Origin: Mytilus californianus
Taxonomy: Eukaryota
Reading direction: 5' to 3'
NCBI RefSeq assembly: GCF_021869535.1
Contig: NW_026262679.1
Span: forward strand, 20,956,001 to 21,020,000
DNA: 64,000 nt
Part shown: positions 23,701 through 35,679 of the stretch, one piece after another
Layout of the letters: each line of letters starts with the position of its first letter
How positions within the stretch are numbered: position 1 is the stretch's first letter
Translations under genes and position numbers: made by a program
Notes under the pieces: generated by a model
The model's input: only the letters and a program-made list of their open reading frames with translations
Databases searched by the model: none
Told to the model about the DNA's origin: nothing

Positions 23701-26700
23701 TTTAAGAATCCAATGATGGAGAAAACAATTTTTGGTATAAAACTATTAAACGTCCTTGTATGCTACTATCTGGTTACTGAAACAGTATATTCTCGTTTCC
23801 ATTAGTCGCTGAGAGCTGGGACCAATGCAACAATATAAGTTCATGTATTAGACCTATCGCGATGTAATTTGATTTTACTGATTTTTTTGTGAATATGCAC
23901 ACCGCTGTACCTATATATTGTGTTTTTTTTTCAGTATAACTATCGATTTGATCAAATATATTATTTACCTGGTCTCCAAAACAAGTAGCTACGGAGGCAA
24001 AATTCTGTGGATACGTTGACCAGATACCAGCGGTTGCGTTTGGTCCAGATACCATTCTGATTCCCCCGTCATATTCGTTTAACGCGTCTGCAAGTAATTA
24101 CACCAAGATATAAATAATAAAACAGACAGTTCATTAAAACAAATCCTGAAAGTACAAAGTAATGATAGTAGCAGCTAGGTAATCAAATAGCCGAAAGCAT
24201 TAGAACTGTCGATGAGTGCATATTCTAAAAGTCTATTCTATTTTGTTGTTGAACAAGGTTAAATTGACAGCAACTGAAGTTGACTTAAAAGACAAGATGC
24301 TGATTTTCTAAATATTCCAAAAACATTCATATAATATGTAAACAGTGATTTTTATTTGAAGTTGCCAGTGAAGGACATATAAATCTTTCGGTTAAAAGCA
24401 ACGCAAAGTCTTGTAATTTAGTGTTACATTTTTGATTTCTCAAAGAAAAATGATTACATGCAAGGACAATGGACACAGCGTTGAAGTGGGATAACTAAAT
24501 CTAACCATCGATGTTGCTACGTATTACTAATTTGTTATCGACAGAGAACATTGAAACAAAACTTCACACGTTAGGGGCCGACCATTTGATATTCTAGGGG
24601 GATGAGGCTGCAGGAGGATTTTTTTATACGGAGTATTCATTTGCACCCTTTTGCGAGTCTCGCATATATTTTTTTAAACTATCGTATATATATGTATATA
24701 CATTTATTTTCTGCATTTTGTTAGACAAAATTTTTATTTTCATCCTGTTTTGGTCAAGATTATTTTTTATTTGTTTTTCGGGCCAGATAATTTATTTCCA
24801 AAATCTTCATGAAACCCCAGAACAAACCTCTCTCTTTCTATTTCCCAAGTAATATGAAATGGTCGTTCACTTACTAATACTACCAAATCTACATTTAATA
24901 CGCTAGTTGATACCTACCATAATATACAAAATAAATCACAGCTGATGCAACAAAAGATCCCAGATATTGGCCAAACATATAAAATGGTACTTTCTTCCAA
25001 GGGACTTTTTTGATGCAGGCCAGGGCCACGGTAACGGCTGGATTGAGATGACCACCTTAAAACACAAAGCTTTTATTCCACTTCGATGTCGCCCCGTACA
25101 ATGATATGTTTACTTTATCGTCCAATATCGCAGAACTTAGGCTATGACATGTAATTACATATTTATTAGTTCTTGCTGTTGTCGACACGTTTAGAATATA
25201 TTGAAGGGTGATGCGTGCATAGAAGAAGTGTTAACGTCTAGTTTGCATACAATTGGAGTTCATACACTTAAGCGTCCGACTGTTTTCTTGCACCTGTTTT
25301 TCTGTCTGTTCCCTCGTTGGAGATCATATGAATGTGCAAATGAACATCTCAGTACTGCATGGTTGTATTTCACAGAAAAATCAGTGTTGATATTACTGAT
25401 TGATATTAATGTACGTGTGGCAAATGGACAGACTAAATGATGAAGTGCACACAGCCAAATACTCAAAACCTGTCACAATTTGGTTCAAATAGTTTTTACC
25501 AGAGATACCACCAGATATGTAAACTCCCATTGTCACTGCTATTCCCCATGCCCAGTGTATAGAGGAATGATTGCCAACGCCATCCCGGCTAAGAACTGCT
25601 TGGGCTACCGAGGCATCCCCAAATACCTAAAAGTCAATAAATACAGTATAATTATTATGATTTAGTAAATAAGACAGAAAAGTGGCTTTGTATTGAAGAA
25701 TAGGAATTTATTGTATCAAATCATGTCATAAAACCACAAGCAAAGGGACAACGCTTGTATTGCTGTTTTTTCATCTCACTGTGAGAAATTCAGCGATTGT
25801 GGAAAGCTTACACCTCCCTTGCATTTTCAGGACGATCCCTTGCATCGGTGTGAGCAGAATGGATGTCACGTTACATTTGCGCACTGAAGAGTTAATATCA
25901 AAGAATTACGGACTTATATATTTTAGTTTCTTACAGGGGTAAGCTCATTTGTCAATTTCAAAATATTCATTTTTTTCAATGTGTTTTTTTTCTCCTTTAC
26001 TTGATTATTATGACCGCATATAAATAACAATGGGTTCAGATTTTTTAGCTTAAGTTATTTCTACAAAGCAGTTGTTTTCCCTTTTATTCAATAATAATCT
26101 GTAATCCAAAGGGCAGTACAAGACCGATAGTATACAAGAAATAAGGTTGGTAACAAAGAAATTTAATCGAACATTGATTTAAGCTTAACAATACGAACTG
26201 TCAATAAAACACGAACAAAAAAAGAAAGAGATCTATAAAAGTTAATGTAGATTAATGTATGAATATCAAACTGCTTATGTATCACACGACAGTCTCAGAT
26301 AAAGGAGTAGGGCCAATTTCTCCTGTATTTGTTTCAGTTACAGGGTAAAAACCTAGAGTAAAATATTACTGAAAATTGAATATTAAAGAGTCTTTATCAT
26401 ATAAAAAATATATTTTTTCTCAATTTTCCATATTTCCATTGAATAAGAACAATCAGTGTTATATGTTGCTGTTGATTGAATATTGATTGCTTATCGTCCA
26501 GTAGTGCTGCTGTTGAAGGAACATTGATACACAATTGTTCGTCTGAGATGTTTATGGCAAATTGTGCATCGAAGGACTTCGCTAACCGGAATGAATTAAC
26601 ATGCATAAAAAACAATACAGAATTTTTATATTTTTCGGATAAATATTCAAAGTTTTCCAAAATCGGTCATAATTGCGGTTTTTATCTGTCTTTGCGCGTT

Positions 26701-28622
26701 TACAATTTGATGATCCGTTTCGAAATCAATCTATTTGAAGTAAAGATCATGTGAGAGCGCTTCGATTGCAATAACACTCTCTTTTACTTAATTTTTCTGT
26801 GCTGGTAATTATTACATCAGCCAATGAAATTTCAGTCTTCCAATTTTTATGCTGTGGTGTGTATCAGAAGGACAAAATCAGAGGACCACGAAAGGCATTA
26901 AAAAAATGTCTGATCGTTGTAAGCGAATCATGGACACTGAATCTGTATTTCCATTCATATTGTTTAGAAATAAGCCATAAAATTGCTATAGCTACACACA
27001 TAAGACAATGATACTATGAGTCTAAGTAAATATTGAACGGAATTTTAATACATTTTTAGTGTGAAATAAACTCAGGAAACTTGGTCCTACCTCTAAAAAA
27101 AGTAAAACAAAAATAATAGAACTCCAAGGTATATTCAAAAAGAGAGAAGTTCATAAAAACTGACAAAATCAAACCATACCTTTATCAACCAACAGGACTA
27201 AACCTTGTGTCTCGTCCGTTTGTCTAGTTTCTGAACAATGAAATATGTTTAAACGAACGGAACGAATGGAAAACAATTGTCATTTCCCTAAATTGGCACA
27301 GGCATTTTCCGAAGAATGGTGGGCTAAATCTCTCACTTGTATGATAGTTGTTGATAGTTCTCTTATATTGACAAAATTTGGCGAGCAACCCAAACAGACA
27401 TAATAGATTAATGTGACAATTATTGGGACCCAGCAGGCAAAACTGGATAAACATACATCACAGACATACAACACAACTGAATAAAAAATAACTTTAAATC
27501 TAACAAAGACGACAACAAAAACGTTTTTGTAGTTGAAAGTATAAAGCAACGCACAAAGCCAAACACCCGATAGCTGGATGCATAAATACCGAGTCACGTC
27601 AAAGAGTCATACGACAAAAACGAACATAATGATACAAAGACAAATAAAAGGGGAACTGAAAAGTAAATAAAAAGATGCACAACTTCAGCACCTAGAATCT
27701 ATAAATCGAGACCATCTTGTATTATTTGTGAAATAGACACTGAATAGTTATCTATTAGGCCTTGGTACTTTAGTAATACGATGAACTTTTTAGATTCTGG
27801 TACTGAGATGACTGCTGTAGTTAAATTCTAGGTGTATGTAACCTTTAAGTTCACGACTCGGGCAATTGACACCTTTACGCTTTTCTATTTTTGAAGGCCT
27901 GCAGAAAAAAACAAATCAATTAAAAAAAACAACAAACAAACCAACAAATAAATCAAAACACATAACTATATATTATTGGTATAGTAAACAACAATAACTA
28001 AACTATACCATTACAAAGAATTCTTGTTTTTGTAGTTACTGAAAAAAGCTCGAAGTACACGACCTGCTGTTATAGAAATCTTACATTAATATGTATTATT
28101 ATACCGACCGCACATACCTTCGAGTAGATTGTATACAGCAAAGTCATGAACAGTGCATGCAACACGAAGCATTTTAGTCGTATTTCAAACTCTAAATAAG
28201 CGTTTCGATTCGAGACAAATACGAGCCGCTATGATTTCACAAGAACAGGATGAAATTTTATATCTATATAAAAATAAGGAGATATGGAATGATTGCCAAT
28301 CAATGAGACAATTATCATTTTTCAAGTACTATTATTTACCATTTTAAACAGCCGGTCAAAGAATCATTTTTAATGCGTTAAAACTAGATAGAGCAATATA
28401 AAAAGAAAAACGCTTAAATGGGCTGCATATGGGTTTATGTTGTTTCAAATAAGCGACCAGTTAATAAAATGCCAATGCGAGGACACATTTGCATTTATGA
28501 AACAATCGTAATCTATGAAATTTAGAAAAGGCAAATTTTCGCTTATGGATCTTTAATAATAATAATAATATGAATCATGCTATAGTCCTTTTGCTAATAT
28601 AGGTCTTTACTTGTTTCGGTTC

Positions 28623-28728
28623 TGTAATGTATTGAAATTGTTTATCTAAGGTCACTACAGAACTTAATTACTTTAACAGATGCAGACCGTTATAATCGCG
28701 TCTTATCATGTGTGTAACTTGTATTAGT
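28623..28728 (+). repeat. Truncated 5' LTR (106 nt)
   Basis: Identical to 32941-33046, then joins directly to gag-coding sequence. Confidence 0.92.
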
Positions 28729-30097
28729 GAGACAAAGAGCGTTACTTTTGCATTACGCAGGGGAAGAAGTAAATGACATTTTCGATACCTTACAAGAAAC
28801 TGGAGAGGATTACGATACAGCACTTACGAAGCTTACCGAATATTTTGCACCGAAGAAAAACGTTGAATACGAAATATATAAATTCCGTCAGGCAAAGCAA
28901 GAAACAAATGAAACAATGGATGCGTTTCATACAAAGTTAAGACAATTATCCGTCAACTGTGAATTTAATGATGACAATCGGGAAGTAAAATCTGAAATCG
29001 TTCAAGGATGTTCATCTTCAAGACTGAGGAGAAAAGCTTTAAGAGAAGATATGACTTTGGAACAATTATTATCGTCAGCAAGAGCTCTGGAACTCTCTGA
29101 AAGACAAGCAAACGAAATCGAGAACAAAGAAGAGAAACTTGAGACCAACGCTTTACACAAGAAGAGAAATTTTCGGAAAAATCAACCAAGATATTTACAA
29201 CAAGATAAGCGTCCGGAACAACGTATGAATGAACAACGTGTGAATCGAAACAACAAATGTAGGAATTGTGGAGGTGAATTTCCACACCGAGGGAAATGTC
29301 CTGCTCAAGGAAAATCCTGCAACTTTTGTAAGAAGCCTAATCACTTTGAGAAGATGTGTAGGTCAAAAAGAGATACTAAACAATCTGTTAATACGCTAGA
29401 GAATTCAGATTTTGAAATCTATTTCGAATGTCAATCAAAGATAGATAGTAGTTCAGATGATGAATATGTTTTCGGACTACAGACAGAACCGCTAAAAGGA
29501 ACCGTGAACTCTATCAAACGTGATCAGCCAAGAATTTGTGTCAAAATCAATGAATCAGATATCAACGTTCTTATCGACACTGGCTCAAGTATCAATGTAA
29601 TTGATGAGGATACCTACAACAGGATGAAGAGAAAACCAAAATTGATAGCTACAAAGACCAAAGTTTTCGCATATGGATCTCATCAAAATTTAGAATTCGT
29701 GGGAAAGTTTGACACTGTAATTGAAACGAGAAATAAGCTAACACGTGCAACTATTTATGTTTCTAAAGGGACAAGCGGTAATTTACTGTGTTATGATACG
29801 TCATTAGAACTACAGATAATCCCGCAAATATCGAGGCTCTCAACAGGGAACAAACACGAACAATTGTGTGAACAATATAAAGATATATTTCATGGACTGG
29901 GCAAACTTAAAGAAACACAAGTGAAAATTCATGTTGACAAAACAGTGAAACCTATAGTTCAGCCACATAGAAGGATACCTTTTCATATAAGGAAACAGGT
30001 AGAAACCGAACTTGAAAGGTTAGAGAAGTTAGACATTATAGAAAGGGTACATGGACCAACTCCCTGGGTTACACCTATTCGTAGCACCCAAACCTAA
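28727..30097 (+). CDS. gag: Gypsy gag-protease-(RT N-terminus), 5'-truncated
   Basis: Two knuckles (CRNCGGEFPHRGKC and CNFCKKPNHFEKMC); protease LIDTGSSINV; RT start PHRRIPF...PWVTP. Confidence 0.9.
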   Translation: MRQRALLLHYAGEEVNDIFDTLQETGEDYDTALTKLTEYFAPKKNVEYEIYKFRQAKQETNETMDAFHTKLRQLSVNCEFNDDNREVKSEIVQGCSSSRLRRKALREDMTLEQLLSSARALELSERQANEIENKEEKLETNALHKKRNFRKNQPRYLQQDKRPEQRMNEQRVNRNNKCRNCGGEFPHRGKCPAQGKSCNFCKKPNHFEKMCRSKRDTKQSVNTLENSDFEIYFECQSKIDSSSDDEYVFGLQTEPLKGTVNSIKRDQPRICVKINESDINVLIDTGSSINVIDEDTYNRMKRKPKLIATKTKVFAYGSHQNLEFVGKFDTVIETRNKLTRATIYVSKGTSGNLLCYDTSLELQIIPQISRLSTGNKHEQLCEQYKDIFHGLGKLKETQVKIHVDKTVKPIVQPHRRIPFHIRKQVETELERLEKLDIIERVHGPTPWVTPIRSTQT

Positions 30098-32549
30098 AAG
30101 TCCAGGTGAAATAAGAATATGCGTAGATATGAGACTACCAAACCAGGCTATACAACGCGAGAGGCACATAACTCCAACTATTGATGATCTAATAGTTTAC
30201 CTTAATGGAGCAAAGGTATTTTCCAAAATGGACCTTTTAAACGGGTACCATCAGTTAGAACTTACACAAGAATCACGAAATATTACTACTTTCACAACAC
30301 ATGTTGGACTAAGAAGATACAAACGTCTAAGCTTTGGAGTCACGTCTGCTGCTGAAATATTCCAAAATACGCTAAGTACAGCTTTAGAAGGTCTTAACGG
30401 GGTGAGAAATATCTCCGATGATATCATTGTGTTTGGAGCATCTCAAGACGAACATGATACACGACTGACAGCCTTATTTCAACGTATAAACGAAAAAGGT
30501 TTAACACTTAACAAAAAGAAATGCGAATTTAATAAAGACAGCTTGGAATTTTATGGACATATATTCAGTTCAAAAGGAATATCAGCAGATCCGAGAAAAG
30601 TTGAAGCAATTCGTAACACCAATATACCGAGTGACATATCGGAAGTACGTAGCTTTTTAGCGATGACTAACTACGTTGGAAGATTTATCCCAGAATATTC
30701 TACAATAACCGAACCATTAAGACGTTTAACTAAGCAAGGAGTGACATGGACATGGACTTCAGAACAACAACAATCGTTTGATTCACTTAAACAGGAATTA
30801 ATGAACAAAAGGATAATGGCTTATTTTGATCCAAGAAAGGCCACTGTTCTTATAGTTGATGCAAGTCCAGTAGGTGTTGGCGCGTTACTTACTCAGGATG
30901 GCAGAGTGAACGCATACGCAAGCCGTGCGCTTAGTGATGTAGAAAAACGATACAGTCAGACAGAGCGAGAAGGACTAGCCATAGTTTGGGCTATAGAACA
31001 CTTTCATCTGTACCTGTACGAACACAAATTTACACTCGTTACCGATCATCAACCACTGGAATGCATTTTCAACAATCCAAAATCGAAACCGCCAGCGAGA
31101 ATTCAAAGATGGAGATTAAGACTGCAAACGTATAATTTCGATGTTGAGTACAAATCAGGAAAATCAAATGCCGCAGACTACATGTCAAGACATCCGAATA
31201 TTAACGAAGCAAATCGAACAGATCATTCCGAGGTAGTAGAAGAATTCGTGAATTATATATCAGAGAACGCAATACCGAAAGCAATGACAATTGAAGAAAT
31301 TGCATTAGAGTCCGAAGCCGATATGAATATTCAGTATGTTATCAAAGCCGTGAAATCGGGAAACTGGGAAAATTCATATGACAATAAATCTCTTGATACT
31401 TTTGCTCGTTTAAAGAACGAATTAACGACAGTGAACACAGACAAAGGAGAAATATTGATGCATGATAATAGGATTGTCATTCCGCACAAACTTACAGACC
31501 GAGTTATAACATTGGCACATGAAGGTCATCAGGGAATTGTGCGAACAAAACAGTTACTAAGGGAAAAAGTTTATTTTCCTGGTATAGACAAACGTGTAGA
31601 AGATACATGTAAAGCTTGTATTCCATGTTTAGCAGCCACGCCAAAGAAAACTTTTGAACCGTTAGCTATGTCAGAACTACCAGATGCACCATGGACATAT
31701 CTTAGCATGGATTTCTGTGGACCATTTCCAAGTGGACATTATCTCATGGTGATAATGGATGAGTATTCACGATATCCAGTTGTAGAAACACTAACAACAA
31801 TTTCTGCAAAAGCGGTTATACCACTACTTGACAAAGTATTTTCAACATTTGGAATACCGAATATAGTAAAAACCGATAATGGAAGCCCGTGGCAAGGAAA
31901 AGAATTCAGAGACTTTGCGACATATATGGGATTTACGCATAGAAAAATAACTCCATTATGGCCTCAGAGCAATGCAGAGTGCGAGCGATTTATGCGTAGC
32001 ATTGGGAAATCAATCAGAGCAGCACACACGCAACATCAAAATTGGAAACAGGAAATGTTTACATTCCTCCGTAATTATAGAGCGACAAAACACGCAACAA
32101 CGGAAGTTTCACCAGCAAAACTTTTATTTGGTAGAAATATCAAAACCAAATTACCAACTTTAACACCAAAATATGAAGACAAAGAGATTCGAGAAACCGA
32201 TCAGAGAAAAAAAGATAAAATGAAGGACTATTCAGATACAAGAAGAAATGCTGAACCGTCAAATTTACAAATTGGTGACACTGTATTGGTCAAGCAAGAC
32301 AAACAAAACAAACTGTCAACTCCGTATAACTCTAATCCATACAAAATAGTTGAAAGGAATGGTACAATGTTAACAGCTAAAAGAGATGATGGACACACGA
32401 TCACTCGAAATTCTTCGTTTTATAAGCAAGTTAAAATACCACCGACAATTGTAAATAATGAGAAAAAAATAGAAGAACCAGCAACACAATTAAGGAAGTC
32501 AGGAAGGATAAATAAAACACCGGCGTACTTAAATGATTATGTAAAGTAA
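30051..32549 (+). CDS. pol: Gypsy pol: RT, RNase H, integrase (separated from the upstream ORF by a frameshift near 30078)
   Basis: RICVDMR, GYHQL, LSFGVTSA, ISDDIIV; VDASPVG, TDHQPL; HEGHQG...CKAC, DFCGP, TDNGSPW, ERFMR. Confidence 0.93.
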   Translation: MDQLPGLHLFVAPKPKSPGEIRICVDMRLPNQAIQRERHITPTIDDLIVYLNGAKVFSKMDLLNGYHQLELTQESRNITTFTTHVGLRRYKRLSFGVTSAAEIFQNTLSTALEGLNGVRNISDDIIVFGASQDEHDTRLTALFQRINEKGLTLNKKKCEFNKDSLEFYGHIFSSKGISADPRKVEAIRNTNIPSDISEVRSFLAMTNYVGRFIPEYSTITEPLRRLTKQGVTWTWTSEQQQSFDSLKQELMNKRIMAYFDPRKATVLIVDASPVGVGALLTQDGRVNAYASRALSDVEKRYSQTEREGLAIVWAIEHFHLYLYEHKFTLVTDHQPLECIFNNPKSKPPARIQRWRLRLQTYNFDVEYKSGKSNAADYMSRHPNINEANRTDHSEVVEEFVNYISENAIPKAMTIEEIALESEADMNIQYVIKAVKSGNWENSYDNKSLDTFARLKNELTTVNTDKGEILMHDNRIVIPHKLTDRVITLAHEGHQGIVRTKQLLREKVYFPGIDKRVEDTCKACIPCLAATPKKTFEPLAMSELPDAPWTYLSMDFCGPFPSGHYLMVIMDEYSRYPVVETLTTISAKAVIPLLDKVFSTFGIPNIVKTDNGSPWQGKEFRDFATYMGFTHRKITPLWPQSNAECERFMRSIGKSIRAAHTQHQNWKQEMFTFLRNYRATKHATTEVSPAKLLFGRNIKTKLPTLTPKYEDKEIRETDQRKKDKMKDYSDTRRNAEPSNLQIGDTVLVKQDKQNKLSTPYNSNPYKIVERNGTMLTAKRDDGHTITRNSSFYKQVKIPPTIVNNEKKIEEPATQLRKSGRINKTPAYLNDYVK

Positions 32550-32940
32550 TGTTATGTAAAGTAATATGTAGCTAGTGAACAGGCATAATAATCCTGAGCT
32601 CACATTTAACTAGGCATCACGCTTAGTATTTATGATCAAGTGAATAAGTTTTAATTTTCTGCGTATCGTATGATGTCTTTAGTACTATTTAGACTGAAAT
32701 ACCAAAGGATTTTACACTTTAATTCAGTTGTGATTCATTAATTCATTCATGATATTAATTGCTATGTTTACCGCACAGAAAACTATGTTTACAACATTTA
32801 GACATTATTACACCGCTGTTTTATGGACATCGTTAATGTATTAAAGAAAATTCATTTTATGGCTAATTTCACAATTCATTAATTTTATTTCATTTTATTA
32901 TTCTACTGACTGATAAAGATTAAATCTAGAAAGGGAGAGA

Positions 32941-33121
32941 TGTAATGTATTGAAATTGTTTATCTAAGGTCACTACAGAACTTAATTACTTTAACAGATG
33001 CAGACCGTTATAATCGCGTCTTATCATGTGTGTAACTTGTATTAGTTTATCAGTTGTATTAAAACCATGAAACTGTGCAGACGACTTTATTACCTCTCTA
33101 GCAATTAGTAGCTATTTTATA
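32941..33121 (+). repeat. 3' LTR (181 nt)
   Basis: Follows the PPT, has near-inverted termini TGTAA/TTATA and an ATTAAA signal, and is followed by the TSD GGTTC. Confidence 0.8.
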
Positions 33122-33161
33122 GGTTCTTGCACATCAATGGCTTTCAAATATTCGGCTTTCA

Positions 33162-33203
33162 GCGTTCCCAATAAAGGTAAATCCAGAAAAACGCTACGGA
33201 CGC
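33162..33203 (+). ncRNA. Dead hammerhead relic (family 2) in aquaglyceroporin B intron 1
   Basis: GCGTTC-ccaataa-AGGTAAATCCA-GAAA-AACGCT-AC-GGACGC; core mutated from CTGATGA. Confidence 0.6.
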
Positions 33204-35679
33204 ATAAAATTTACAAGTGTTATTTTCATATTTTTTATATCACCTACCATCAATGTGAAAGTCCCCAAGAATTACGCTAAAGTTTCAAGAGCAATATTGT
33301 TTCTAATTTTACTTTGCCGCTGAAATGCTTCATTTTGTCACTAATACTTAATAGTGAGGCATCACAAAAAAAAAGTCATCACTGTTCGAACAAACATAGT
33401 CAATCAGATTTGTAAGAGATAGGTTATGTATACACTAGAAAAATTAAACGTTTATATTCCAGCTATTCAGACCAAAGGTTTTCAACTGTATATTGTATGT
33501 CTGAATACACTTAGCCACTGTTGAGTAGATTTAACGTTTATTCAAATAAATGTTGTAAATCTACATTCTTCACCTTGTAACATATGATTAATTCTGCATA
33601 GGTCACGAATCAAGATGGGATCTCTTTTTTCTAATGTGCAAAGTAAAAAAAAGTATAGCAATTTGAATAATAATAATAATAATAATGATAATAGATTATT
33701 ACACTATATCAGCCTAAGAGCCAGGCCTGATACTTAATACAACTGATACGAAAACTATCATGTAATGATCTTTGTATTATATACTTCCACTTCGAAAAAA
33801 AAAATCATTGTATGGAAATGTTTTACTTTAAGAAAAAATCAACTGCAACTAACCAATTTGTACTGCAAGTGAACAATATAGGCATTGGATATCGTAAGTT
33901 ATACTGAAATGTTCATGACTTACGAGTGTTTTTACTCGTAAGATCTTTTGTGAAAAGAGTCGCTGGCATATATTAACGCGTCGGCCACGTCAGTTTGAAA
34001 TTAATTATCCATTATTAAAGATAGCAACCTTCTTTTAATTAGTGTAGCGTTTCCACACCATCATCGTATCATTGGTTGCTGTCTGTTATATCCGTTTTTC
34101 GTTTATTGTTTTACAATAAATCAGGTGTTTGGAATTTTTCGTTTGAATTGTTTCATTTTTTTTTTATCATGTAGGTGCCTGTCATGATAGCTGACTAAAC
34201 GGTATTGATTTTGATCATTTTAAAGGCCAGACGGTGACCCACAATTATTTGATATATTATTTATATTCTGTAGGATATTTGTCTCATTGGAATTCCTTTT
34301 TATAAAGTTTATTTCTGGTCATGCAAGTGCAAATAAATATATCAACATACAATTTCGTAATTATAATCATGAATGAGTTGTATTGCAATTGAACAATCGA
34401 TTTTCACGTCTGTTGTTTAACTCAGTATACGCAGTGTTATTAAATAGTTAAATTAATTTTATTTTTGTTTTGTAAATATAAATTATTTGTTGAGTACCTT
34501 ACAACGATGAAACTTATCACCTTCGTTAACAGTATACTATTTACTTAATATGAAATTAGACATATATTACATTATTTTTTCACAAACCTTACAATCCTGA
34601 CAAAGACATTTCGAAAGAATATATAGTATATGTGCATTAAATTTTCTAAATGAAAATAAAGTCGTTCCTGGAGCAAATTGAGAGAAACTTGATTTGATAA
34701 TTATGTCAGTATATTCAGAAAGTTGAATGTGGGCAGTATATGGAAGAAGGATGTCATTGTCCAATTGTGTTTATTTAGCCGAGAAAAGGTATAATTATGT
34801 CAATCTGAAAGAAATGTCAAAGTGGGGCGTGCCCTTCTAACACAGATTTGCAGAAAATAAAAATTGGATGAGTTTTTCATCCTAAAAAGAATATCTGACA
34901 CGTTGAAAGAATCTACGTAATCCTGTCAACATCATGAAAATGAAAGTACTTTACAAACAGTTAATGAATATAGCCAAGTGAATGGGAATATGTTTTCGTT
35001 ATTGAAACAGCAATAAAATGAAGATAAACCTAGAACATTGAACAACTGACAATCAACCAATGCGTAAATGGATAAGCTTAACCTTCCAGGACACCTGATA
35101 TCACTCAGGGTCTTTACGAGAAGCTTACATCTAATACATACATGTGCCGGTGATTGCGTATTTATCTTTGGCTTTGATAGATTGGTATAGGTGTTTTCAT
35201 TTTTTAATCAATTTTTGCCTGGGTTGGACGTCAAAAACCAGCCTAAGATATGATGATGTCGGCCGGGCGAAAAATTTGTGTACTCAACTCCTCCTACATG
35301 ATATAACAGATAGTAAAGGCTCCGATAAGACAACTTCTTCCAAAGATGATGAAAAACTTTATTTAAAGTAGAATTAGTTTTAATAAGGAATAAGATGATA
35401 ACAATGTGAGCAATATTTTCCACAAAGAATCTGTAAAGAAAACAATACCTTTTTACTTCAAAGATAAAACTGTATATTTCATTTCACACCTATTGCATCC
35501 GGGTTGTTCAACCGCAAGAGAGTATTAAAGACATTTACCCTCAATGATATACAATTCAAACCTCTTGATAGCTCTAAGCACCTGTTCATCGTCTCCATAC
35601 AAATATAATCCCGCTGGGGATTAAAATTATATTTTGGAAAGCACCGCACTGAATCCAACAATAAATAAACCGAAGATGA

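Larger units (their letters stand above)
28623..33121 (+). mobile_element. Young Ty3/Gypsy (Mag-like) LTR retrotransposon with a 5-bp TSD and a 5' internal deletion
   Basis: TSD GGTTC at 28618-28622 and 33122-33126. PPT AGAAAGGGAGAGA at 32928-32940. 3' LTR 32941-33121 (TGTAA...TTATA). The 5' LTR remnant 28623-28728 is identical to the first 106 nt of the 3' LTR. Domain order gag-PR-RT-RH-IN. Confidence 0.95.
21182..33333 (-). pseudogene. Aquaglyceroporin copy B: exons 2-7 intact, exon 1 frameshifted and with a stop codon; Gypsy insertion in intron 1
   Basis: Exons 33248-33333 (86 nt vs 87 in copy A), 25500-25626, 24918-25055, 23969-24087, 22808-23025, 21676-21836, 21182-21228. Exons 2-5 have the same lengths as in copy A. 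Motifs GGHLNPAVT and [13 protein letters not shown]. Exon 1 reads MKHFSGKVK, then a 1-nt loss in the A run (33307-33310), then IRNNIALETLA*FLGTFTLM with TAA (33274-33272) at the conserved AEF Glu. Confidence 0.85.

Noticed and set aside
25770-25810. AEFL-encoding stretch as an alternative exon 1 for aquaglyceroporin B
   Set aside because: It continues TVR* with no GTF motif or usable donor; the segment at 33248-33333 matches copy A exon 1 far better.
30060-30100. Programmed gag-pol frameshift
   Set aside because: The shift lies inside RT (PWVTP/VAPK), after the protease, with no slippery heptamer; a small indel or sequencing error is more likely.
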